60,247 bases of DNA, from positions 1-60,247 of the forward strand of contig KZ538587.1 in NCBI GenBank assembly GCA_000934665.2, given 5' to 3'. The stretch is from Catajapyx aquilonaris (taxonomy: Eukaryota). The position numbers and the translations under genes are program-made. The notes beneath the pieces were generated by a model. That model had not been told where the DNA came from and did not search any database. It saw nothing but the letters and a program-made list of their open reading frames with translations. Positions 41,901-53,600 of the stretch are shown in pieces. Positions within the stretch are counted from its first letter, which is position 1; each line of letters starts with the position of its first letter.

Positions 41901-44900
41901 GTGGTAATCACACAATTTTATGACCGTCCTTGCGGTACACCGTCGCAAGGACTGTGAAAGGGAAATATAATTTTTGCCTCACTTCGTTATCACCCCCCAG
42001 CACTCCGATGATGTCCCTGGGTTCACCTACTGTTGCGCCCAACCATAAAGTTCAAGAAGAAAGTCGGGTTGCGACCATGACTTGTCGCCTGTGGTACTAC
42101 TTTTTTTTTTGTCTGGAATTGCACTTGGGTCGAAGCCTCCTACTGCTTCTTCTTCTGGTGGTGCCCCTCCCATCGACCACGAAACACAGCAAGGAAGCGT
42201 CCTTCACCACCAGCCTGTCACTCTCATCATCTCTTCTAATTGGAACCATGGAAGTTTTCATTTTTTTTACTAGTGTTTTTGTTGTCGTTTCCGCACCGTT
42301 TGGCCAGCAGCTACCTGACCTCGGAACGTTACTCGAGTTTTCGGGCATGTCTTCTGCGGGACAGGCGTGCCAAACACCTCCTGGTTCCTTGCTGCTTCAC
42401 CTCTGGATTTTGCCCAGAGGAAAGACAATGCATTCGTTGCGGCCCTCACTGCACTCCAAAACGGCTTCTAGTACCGGAGAGAAAAAGGTCGGAGGGGAAA
42501 TGAGGGATGAATTGCAAATCTGACCATCATGCATAGGCAATTGGTCCGACTGTCCATTCAGCGAATTTGACCTTCGACTCTCTATGAAGCAGTACGCCGT
42601 TTCATCAATTTTATTACTTAAAAAAAATTATTTGTAATACAACCTGCCTGACCAAATTGGCCTGAATGACCTCTCAACAAGTTCGCCAATTTTTATTGTC
42701 CAACTCCTAATAATTCTGGTTAGTTGAGTCCATCCTATACACGTGAAAATGAATGATACTGCTCCACCTCTAACCTGACACTCATTGTGTCCAGGTCGTA
42801 CTTTCCGGTTTTAATTATCAGTTTCCCAGTCACTTTGCCAGTCCCAGAGTGGTAGTAAAAATTAGTCAGTGACAGAGCCGTTAATCCCTACCCTGGTTAG
42901 CCTCTCCAAATAGGCTATCCTTTCTAATTTCACCGGCGTAAAGACAATAAAAAAATAGTGGTGCTGCAGTTTGGCAGGGTGTGTAGGATGTTGGTGTGGC
43001 TTCCAACCATCACTTTTTTTTCTGGTGGTGACTATTGCTGGAAAGTGACACTCTGGAAGGACAGCCACTCCCTTTGACCCAGTGCAGACACTTATACAGC
43101 ATCCACAAGAATTGTAGCTAGAGTCGTCTCCTTTCCCATTCTCTTTCCCGTCGCTTATGCAACGGTCAGTGCCATGTATGGGGGAAAAAAGGTCGAAGGG
43201 CAACTAGTTAGCAGCAACCCCCGCCATAATCAAAGAAGCCTTGTCTTCAAAACCTGCGTATTTAGTGCTGTGTGTCCTTTCAGAGTTGAGGTTTATTCCT
43301 TCCTGCTTTAGTTTTACAGTGTGCATTTTAATTATGCTGGTATGTATAGTAGAGCAATGGAATCGGACAGGGAATTTTGAGTCAAACAGGCAGCGTATAA
43401 TTATCATCACTCCTGACAGGAAAATGAAAGTAGCCAGTGCTAAAGGCCATCCTCAATTAATGAATCTCTTAAATTTTTATCGCAAAGGAGGCGGCCTGTG
43501 ATGTAAAAATAAAGGCATGCAAAAATTTCATCTCTGGTCCTGAATGCCAACTAGACTAATTTTCAACCGACCTTGCAACTGGAAAAGACGATGGCAAAAA
43601 AAAAATTACCGTATCTCTTATTTGATTCATTAATCTCGAGTGGGCAAAATGCACTTTTTTGTTATGTTGCCCACTAATCATGCGTCCCATCAAATTGGTT
43701 TGCATTTCGTGTCGGAAGCAATCAGGAGTCGATTTTAAAGTGCCTGTACTTTGCTGGCCAAAAATGGGATCCGGCTAATCAGCGGAATAGCCTTTTAGTG
43801 ACAGATAGGGGACAAATGGGACATAAATCTGACAGTGGCCGTTTAAACTAATTTTTTAAAGCTGACCACACCTGCCTATTTAGCACCATCCAGGATGTGC
43901 ATGTACGTAATAGCAAATTAAACTTTATTGACAATCTGGCAAAAAAAAATGCAAATATTAATCGTCAGTTATGCAGCTTACTTCTCGCGGCACCAGTTTT
44001 TGGACTCTTACTTAACTCCAGGTCGTCAACCCTAAGAAGTTGCGAGATGTCCAACTCCTGATAATACGTCTGGGCCGTTTTATGACATGTTCTAGTCCAC
44101 TTTTGATTGGTAGGAATCTCGAGGCGTAGGTAGGTAAGTCCTGCTTGGTGTGTCTGGTTGCTTGGGAAGTCTCGTCAAAAAATGATGTAGCTGTTCCTTT
44201 ATACGAGCTCTAGCCAGTATATAGGGGAAAGGAACTGGCCTCAAGAATAAGTGGCAAGAGCCTTTGAAATGAGGCAAGTTGGCATGGACGACACGTCGTA
44301 AAAGCAGCCACCATGACATAAACGCCAACTGGAACAAAATCAGGCTCCAAGGACGTGGACGCTGGGTTTACGTTACGTCGGACTTGATTAGAACGGGGCT
44401 GGCACGGTACGTATCTGAAGGATTAGCAGATTTATGGTCCGATTAATGAATTAACCTGCCATGAGTTAATATTAGCAGCTAATACTTTTAATAACAACTA
44501 TATTAAGCCTTGAAAGTTGTTGTCTTGGTTATAATTTTTTGGATCGAACCCCCTAATGTGCAAAACGGGGCCACCTTTTTTTTGTGTGTGGCCACTGTTG
44601 CTCGAGTTTAGTCGTACCAGGCCTGAAGGATCTTTTTGGAGACAATAAAACGGCCATGTTCCCGGAGGCCATCCTCCTTTATTTTGTTATCCAAGAGCAG
44701 AGCCGCTCGTGCCGTTGGGTAGGAAGCGTGGCGAATCTTCTCTAATTGGCGTTGGCCCCCGAGGCCTTCCGAGACATTATTTCCCTTACCCACCTCTCTA
44801 CCTCACCCTTCCCCCAGCCTACATTACAGTAAAAGTGCTCCTGCGCATTCTGGACACACAAAAGCCGCCAATGGTTGCTCCTTTGCAAAGTATAGAAGGT

Positions 44901-47297
44901 GAGGTGTATAGCAATCAGTCCCGCAATTCTCGAGCCTGTGTGGGTCACACTTTTTAATCGTCGTGACTGGCTAGGGCCCCCAAATAATCGGGTGCATTGG
45001 CACAAAGGGTATGTAATTTTTTGGAAGGGCCTCGGCTGCCCCTGGGGGATACAGGGAAGAAACGGGAGAGTAAACGCTGGTAATTGCAATTAATTTTATT
45101 CGCCGCACATGATTGGGCCTGGAGGTAGCATCAGGATCGTGCTTCCTACGGTCGTGCTCCCTTGACCTGCCCTTGTGTACTGCACGTGCAGGTGGATCAT
45201 GACCTACAGGATCATTTGAATGAATTCTTTCCATGCAAGTAGTCAGCCAGAGCATTACACTAATAATCATTTTCATGCGACTTTGATGTGCACATCATGT
45301 TCTACCCATCAAACGATGTTGCATCAATGCACCCCCTTTGCTTCACCCAGTGAGCAGCCTTCCCGCCAGACAAGCAAGTTGATGATTAGTCGTGAGGTTG
45401 CGCCCCAACGCCTCACGTTGCCAAATTGCCCCTCCTGCCATCATGAATCTCGCCCCCACAGCCTAGATGTGTCACACCCCACCAAATCAATCTTGATCAT
45501 CCGACTGCATCGGTGAACGTCTCTCGAAAAAAAAATCGCCTTGGGAATGGTAGCAAGATAAAAACCAGAGGTGTGCAACAAATGAAAATAAGTTTTGGTT
45601 AGATTCGAATCTGCATCTCTTCTCCTGTATGTTACTCCCCCCCTTCAGTTATACCATTCTCATGCGGTGCGACAAATTACATCCTCAGCTCCATCGGACT
45701 ATCTCGTTACCCTTTCGGGTCAAACCTCCGGAGACTTCCCGCGGTTCGTGTCACGCCCATGCATGTAGAGCGAGGCCTTGCCCTGCTCCCTCTTTTACCT
45801 GCCATAAGAACGTGCGTATGTACCGTATGTACCGGTACAGGGTGGCTATAGTTCGGCCCCCCATCTGGAGTGAACAATGTTGCACACTGTACCCAATAAT
45901 GTGAGTAATGCGTCCGAAACCGCCTCAAATGTGATGATGCACTAAATAACTGGCTGGCAAGTAGGCGAGGAGTGAATGGCCACCCCTTCTATTATGTCAT
46001 GACCTGGGTACGTTTTTAAGGTGGCAGCAGTCGTAAATTATTTTCCTTTTTGTTTTCTGTGGCGAGTGGGCCGTATATTGCATGTGCGTGAACTTTAGGT
46101 TGAGTAGGTTATGGTGACTCGTTTTAGAACTTGGCGATGTAGTATCCGGTGACCTTTCATCCCTATAATGTTCAAAAATATATCTTAATGAAACCACGCC
46201 AAAAGCTGTCAGCCAGATTAGGCAACACTTTTCACATACAGCGACAGAACGGTGATTGAAACGCACTGTTCCCATATTTGCGAAATAATAATAAGCTCGT
46301 GCAGAAGCCAGGGCTGGAATTAAATGGCGGCCCGAAACCTGGCTACACCCTGGGCTCGTCCTTCCAAAGGTCGGCTTGTCTTCGGCCCACTCGAGTTGTT
46401 CACACCACTTAATCTCCACCCAGGTAATACGCGACAAGCGAGCATAGGGGCTAACCCCTTTTGCGTCATTCACACTGGAAGCAATTCAGAAGCATCCGGA
46501 AATTTATATCCTTGGCACATTTGTACCTCCACCCTTCCTGCCCAAGGACTTCGGTTGGTTGGATCCTTTTTGGCGTAGTCGCACTGTATATTGCTGCCAG
46601 CCAAAAGTGCTGCGTGTCCAACGTAGTCTACCGCCTGTCAATCACTGGCAAAAGAGACGCCATGAATATTGCAAATCTCAAGGTGGAGATGGGGCGGAAT
46701 TCGAACCCTTCAAGAACGAGGTCTCTGGCCACGGGGGGTCATTTTATTGCATTTATGTTTATTATCTTGGGAGTTAGCTTTTAGCAAAAATGAGGCCAAA
46801 AATATTTGCGAAAAATGACATTTGCATTTATTATTTAGCCTGAATCTTGTTATTGTGCAATTGTTATTTTATCATGTCAACAGGAAGGAATATTTATTAA
46901 TTTAATTATTTATTTTATGCTCGAATTTTCATATAGATGTGTTTCAATAGAGTATTTTAATTGTTAAGCCTACTTATGTATACATTTAATAACAAGCACA
47001 TGTTGCCAATTTAATTTGAAATTTGCAATTACGATACATGCATGATTGATGCAGAATATTCCTGGCACTTTCAACTGTGAAAATATATTTCAGAGTTCAA
47101 ATAACATGTTACACTCGCTTCCTAAGTGGTTCTATAATGCAAGGTGTGACCACCATCAGCATCTCAAGGTCACCAGTGCGGCATCTTGATGGACCCAATA
47201 TGTGCATGTCCGTGTTACAGACAAGGGATAATTTGAGGTCAGAGATGCAAATGGCATTGTTTCGCGGTAGGTGGGTTGCATCAGTTAAATCGAGTGA

Positions 47298-47321
47298 AGT
47301 CAGTCAGTCAGTCAGTCAGTC
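47298..47321. repeat. (AGTC)n microsatellite
   Basis: Six tandem AGTC units. Confidence 0.85.
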
Positions 47322-50300
47322 GGGCATGGAATCCAGTTGCTTTGAAGCACGTGTAGGAGGTGTACTTTTGCGGTATGGATCTTGTGCGACAAGCACATGC
47401 TGCTCGGGGGAAACTTGTTTCATCTCCTTCTGCACGAGCGGTTCGGTTTTTTTGACAAATGATGCCGAGGCCGGGCATGACTCGGGCTTGGTGCTATGGT
47501 GTGACCTCGGATGACCTCTTGCCGGTTTTGCTCCGGAGCACGAGCGTCGAGAGAGAGAAGGTCGCTTCTTCGACACGCTTTTGAGATGTATAGTGCTGGG
47601 TCACCCTCCCTCCCTCCTGACGGTGACATCACTTTATAATTACCTGGATCGTGACTTGGGCTAATTGACGGATATGGGATAAAATCAGAGTCAAGGAATA
47701 ATAAGTTTGTGTTTACATCACGCTCGATGCCGAAATGTACAGGGTGGCACGGAGTTCTGGATTTTTGCACTAAAAATTCGAATTGGCAGAATTATCACAT
47801 TGACCAATGGCATTTAAAAATATTAACATTAGGAATCATCGGGCACAATTCGGTCAACATGGCCATTAATGGCAGAATACAAGCTATCACTGTAGATATG
47901 TTAAACTTATTGGTCGTTTGTTTTTATTGTGACTATCTTTGGCTGAAATTATCGAATTAGTTGAATTTTATCACAGAACCCAAAATTTGTTACATCACTA
48001 CTGTTTTACCCTTAGGAATTGTCAAATAAGCAGTCATATCATAACAAACGACAGTTCTATAAAATTGGCACTAACTCCGCCCAAAATATGAAACACCCTG
48101 TATCTTTCTTGCATATTGCCCCCGCAACACTCTCTGCTGAGCACGAAAAATAAATCCCGAACCCAACCGATTTGCAAATAGCATCGTTCCATCCAAACTG
48201 TCAACCTTCCCTGGTTATTTACCGCCCCCAAGGTTCCAGGTTCATCAGCAATCATATAAATATTTTTTTTTCAAAAAAAAAAATGAGCTCAATTAGAGAA
48301 TTGCGTTATCGGGGTCCAACAGGCGACGAGAAGCAATCATTTTGAGAAGCATTTTTTTTTTCTTCTTCTGCTTCTTCAACATGAGAAGTGGTCTCCCTTA
48401 TCTAAGAAACAGCCGCCGCAAACATGGGAGGACACCACCCTTTCCATGTAACCAGTTCACAGTGAGCCATGTCCCTGACACCCACAGCGAATACGCTAGA
48501 ATTTGTAACTGGACAATCCGCTCTCTTTAGTCACGCTGCCTGACCTTTTTTTGGTCCCAAAAAATAAGTAAACCTAAGAGGGGGTATCTTCGAATGTGTT
48601 TTTTTTTCTTCGAGAGAGAGAAGATCAAGGAAGGAGCCGAAAGTGTGAAAAGGAAACACGGCTTGTTCCACCCCTGATTTCCCGCAGGAAAAACGGGAAA
48701 GTTGGATGCAGAGAAGGGTGAAACACTCAACCACTGTCGACATGAATCTCCATAGGGTGTTGTGCGGATACTGCTGAACCGAAGGCCGAGTAAGAAGAGA
48801 AGCATCACGATTTCTGGGGCCTCTTCTTCTGCCATGGCCCCCACTCTTTTCTTCGTCTTCTTATTCTTTTTTTTATATTCGTGTTCTACTACCACACTTG
48901 ATGGGCCAATGCACGAAGAGGATTCGTTACGCCGAACTGTGCTGGCCTAGAAGCACCCATATTCATGATCATTAATATACCGTGGGCTCAAATGTCATGG
49001 GTCAGTGTATATGCGAAATTGGACTTTGGACAGCAGTCACGCCGAGGGGGTTTATTTCTTGCAAAGTTGTTGCTGGGATTAGTTGCAATCATTTGTGCCA
49101 GTACTTGAGGCAAAATAAATCATGTGCTCATCTGGGATCCAGCTGGATAAACATTTTCATATTTAATTGCTGTATTGCATGTTTACGAAATCATGCAGCA
49201 TCATTTTAACAATGGTCATAACCTACGTAGTATGACAACTGTTGACAATGTTTGTACACTTAGAATTGGTAAGAATGGACCATTCAAAACAGGATAAGTC
49301 CATTTGGTATAGTGTGGCTGACAGTGATTGGACTGCTACATTTTTTCCATATTATTATGTTGCCGCACCCTCTGCAGTGGAACCTGTTTCACATAAATGT
49401 TAGATAAACAGCTTATTATCATGCTAAACATTTTTTCAGCAAAGAATAAGAAAGAATGATGAGTTCTCGCATGTAACTAGTTACGTGCGCTTTCTGTAAT
49501 TTTAATGGTGGGCTTGAAGAAGAAAGTTCAGGATTACATTTAGATGAGTTACTGTAGGCGAAAAGAGGTCAATAAAACTTGAGCTCCTCTTTATAAGGAA
49601 CTGCAATAAAACATGCAAGAAAAAGAACAGTATACCGGTGGGCTGCTGCATTGTGCTCAGTACGTATTTACATCGTATGACCAATCATTTCCTCAACAAT
49701 AATTTCACATCCAGTGTACCGTATGATTTCAACCATGTCAATAAATGTGATTAGTCCTAATCTTTTCACCTTGCTCGAGTTCTGTTATAAGACAGGATAT
49801 ACGTTTGTCTAAACATGTTTTGTCCAATTGTTTATGCTGATTGTTTGTGACATACCGCTGTTTGTACGGTACAAATTCTGCGGGCCAAACTTGCATGCTG
49901 TATGATCCGCGCAATGACAGGCATTTCCGGATGTACCGTACGAGATAAGCGCTCTTACTTTCCAGATAACGTTGAAAATGAGCGGCCTTGTTGCATAAGG
50001 CCGACTGACGATATAAACACATTGACTGATCCTCCTGCTGTGTGTACTTTCCATGATTTCTCTCCAATTCTTTTCACTTTTCCACACGATGCTTACGTTG
50101 CCACCGAGTTCTGTTATCCGAACACCCCGCCACAGGGGTTTGCCATAATATGATCGAAGGCTGTGCCTGGTAACACAACCAGTTTTACCACAGACTTTGG
50201 TACACTTTGACCATCGAGGCCTGGAAAAAAAACCCACATGCAAATTATCGGTGGCCTTTTTCGCATTTCCTCCCGGGGCAATCCCATATGTTGGGAGAGG

Positions 50301-53300
50301 GAAAAGGGATCGACCTTGTGTGCCATTGTAACATGCTGAAGAAGGCTCGAAAGGCAAAGGAAGGACCATTGCTCACTTAAGTCGGGATTTTAGGCGGTTC
50401 CTGAAACTCTGCTTGTCCGCTTTTGCGCTGGGACTAATCTGCATTGTTACGGGAGTGAATTGTTATGGCCTGTAACGTCAGCTTTGATATTGGGCCAGTA
50501 ACCAGTTTTGAAAGGGGTGGAGAACTGGTGGGGGGAAAGGTCATGTCACGGTGGAGGGATGACCACTGCCTATCTGGGTCGGACTTGCCTCCGAGGGATC
50601 ATGCCGGCTGATAGGTTACGTCTGTGTACAGACAGAAAACCTGCTAAAAATTCCGTGTGGGATGATTATACGTGGGTTGTTGCATCGATTGGGTTCAGTT
50701 TCCAAGGGATAAATGGCAGAGGAGCATTATTATACCAGTTGGAAGAATCGAGGGCTTTATATGTTAGGAGTAAACAAGTTACTCCCACTATCCTGAGTGA
50801 GCCATGAAATTAGGTAAAAAATATTCTTTGGGCAATTCTGATTCCAAAAATTTCCCTATTCTGAATATGGAAGGATCCTAAATATTTTTCGGATTTGTTG
50901 CCTACTCGTAAACATGATTAATGCCACTTCATTTACAACCCTAAGCCACGCCCTACATTACGATTGCATCTTCTCTCTCCCAAACGCAACAAGCAGCATC
51001 ACCCTGATGTCATTTTCACCGGAAGCTCCAGTCCAAACAGGGTCCGCTTTTTTTCACTCTCTGTAATAATTTTACAGCATCAATCTCAGCGGCAATTACT
51101 TCCTGGCAAATCAGTTAGGGAAAAGTAAAGCAAAGTAGTGTCGACTAGTGCCTCTCTAACGGTGATCTGGTTCAGGCTGCACCAGGAGGGTCCGATGACA
51201 CAGTCTGATGCCAGCGGATCACCTTGAGTTTCGCTTTCCTTCTGCCACCAGCATGGGCGTGGTCAGGCCTCAGAGAAACCGAGGCTGCTGCTGCACACTT
51301 TTCCGCCAGACCCAAATTGGTAGCTTTTATCGGCCAGTTTTGCGGATCAGAAGTGACGAAACATGCTCTGTGATCGTACTCATTGCCGTCCATTTGTTTA
51401 TAGACGAGGCTTGTTATGCCTACATACCGTTGTTATAATCATTGGGTACAGTGCTTGGTGGGTGGTAAGGTAATTGGATAGCTCTTTGCCGCGTTACCTC
51501 CGCTTGTAATCAGTCGCCATTTTTTTAACGCAAATGCGGTTATGCTTCTTTAGCATATCTGCACTATTGCAGGTATTATGATAATAATTGGGTGGTGCGG
51601 CGTCTATTACAGGTGGAGTTCCTGACATGAACCTCTATTTGCTACTCGAGCATGCATTTTATAATGTTTTAGTAACGCCTGGGATCCACGAACCAGGCAG
51701 GGGCGACTAGAAGGGCAAATATAATGTCTTAATCATGCTTTAACCATTTTTTGAGAATATCTGAAATTATTTTGAATGTACAAATAAAATGACACGCAAT
51801 ATATTTTTTGTTGCCTAGTCTGTACTGTTTACTGCATTTCCTATTTTTTCCATCGTAACCTTTGTATGACTCCGGGTTTTCCATGAGCCGAAGGTTGGCA
51901 ATAGGCAAGTCGGCAGACTCAGCGGAAAGCCAAAAAGAGATACCGAAAGTGAAAGGAACAAATCGAATCCAAGTGGCGGAAGGAAAGGCCAATTACTGAT
52001 CTTTGACTTCTGGAGCGAAGGGGCTTGGGTGATTAAGTACTCTCTGTTAAGGCGGAGAGGAACGCTTTTTTGAATTATATAGTAACTGGCGTTTATTAAT
52101 AGAGGTGGGTAAAAGGTTAAGAGGGGCCTGTCGGTGGTAGGTCATCCAGGGGGTTAAACCACTCAGGAGGTATTACAAGGCTATCTGTCAATTGCGGTCT
52201 CCTTTTCGCCGGTTACACTTCTTCTGCCAAGTGGTCAGCGCCTGTTATAACACCCGGTGTGGCACTTCACGAATGTGTGACTCGAACCCATTTGTCCTGG
52301 GTGACTTGACGTTATTGAACCGGAGTAAGTTGATCTCATACAGGATGCATGTTCCAAGTAGCCATTAATAATAGCTTACAAATGACACATTAATAGACTA
52401 TCACTGCGTAATAGCAACTGAGAATCATAAATAATAAAATAAATAATAAATAAGATTAATAAATGTGATTATGTGATAACCATACATATAAAAATGCACA
52501 ATAGGCTTATTAATTTAACTTAAAGAAGAAAAATGAATGTAATATATTGATAACCTTTCCAAGCTGTCAGCTTTTATGCTTAAGAGCTAATTTTTTGTCT
52601 AAATATTATGATGTCAGTGTAAATATGGCTATCAGGCCACATTGGTAATATAAAGTTATATTGGCAATAGTAATGACATCTTGGTAGGATTGGCATTCAC
52701 AGTGGGAATGAGGATGCTATTATCGTGCCTTGAAATGGCATGATGACGTCGGATGATTAAGTGATTTTTTTTCGCAATTTTGAATTCATATCCTCACGTA
52801 GTAATAATTGGTGGCTAAAAGTGATTGAATACCGTACACACGACAAGATAAGTATGACAAGTTACAAATGGGCCGAATGGGATCGAGTTTTCTTGGCATT
52901 GAAGACGCTAGACCTTGTCCTCAATGCCGCATCGATATAGGTATAGTCATTTACCCCCGAGAATATGATGGGCGTGATCAAAGTCATCGACAACACCACC
53001 ATATAATCTGCTCCCAGCATCTTCGAAACGGTACACTTTTATCCTCTCAAATAATTTCCCCGATCAGGTTTTATAGTTCAGGCTGTGCGGAATGATGAAT
53101 TGTCGTGGGTAGGTCATAAATATCCCTAAATATCACGCACCGACTACTTTCATTCAAGTCTAATGCTCCAGCAAGTACCAGCTGGCGAATTACGAGTGCG
53201 CTCGTTCGTTGCCCACCTTTCGCATATGTCCGTGATCGGAAGTTGACCCCTCGTCTAGCAAAAGAGTGGCCTTCAGGAAGATAAGTTGGCGACCCCACCT

Positions 53301-53563
53301 TCTGCGTGTGGTCTTCCGACTCCGGAGGTCACCACTCTTATCGGAACCCAAAATCTGAATACTGAGCCAGAGACAATTTTCATTATTTTGATTGGCCCGC
53401 GTTCTTATTTCGTGGGCACATGCTGCATTGATATAATGAAGCATGTAACGTGTACTGCTTGAAACGTAGAAATTCGACCTTGGGAAATGCACGATTTTGG
53501 TCTGATTTACTGCAGAAGCTGTTCAGATATCACGAATCCTTGCATTTTTAGTGTCATAGGTTT

Positions 53564-53600
53564 CCGCTAGATGGCCGTCAACACTGATGCCATCTAGTGA
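53564..53600. promoter_or_regulatory. Inverted pair of CTCF-like motifs
   Basis: CCGCTAGATGGC (53564-75, +) and the reverse complement TCACTAGATGGC (53589-600, -) resemble the insect CTCF core CCGCTAGATGGCGCC. Binding cannot be shown from sequence. Confidence 0.35.

Noticed and set aside
41930..42523. 197-aa ORF
   Set aside because: Non-ATG start, low-complexity S/L/F-rich translation crossing homopolymer runs, no recognisable domain.
46693..46735. Minus-strand B-box-like GGTTCGAATTC (also GGTTCGAGTC near 52281-52292)
   Set aside because: No A box or cloverleaf; isolated matches are insufficient for a tRNA or SINE call.
47739..48100. TA|CAGGGTG ... CACCCTG|TA as one mariner MITE
   Set aside because: The inverted match extends only over the 7-nt terminus. 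Similar orphan ends occur at about 1835, 28137 and 45838, so they are probably unrelated remnants or chance.
49809..50369. 186-aa minus-strand ORF
   Set aside because: No recognisable family, atypical C/W/R-rich composition, overlapping ORFs in other frames.
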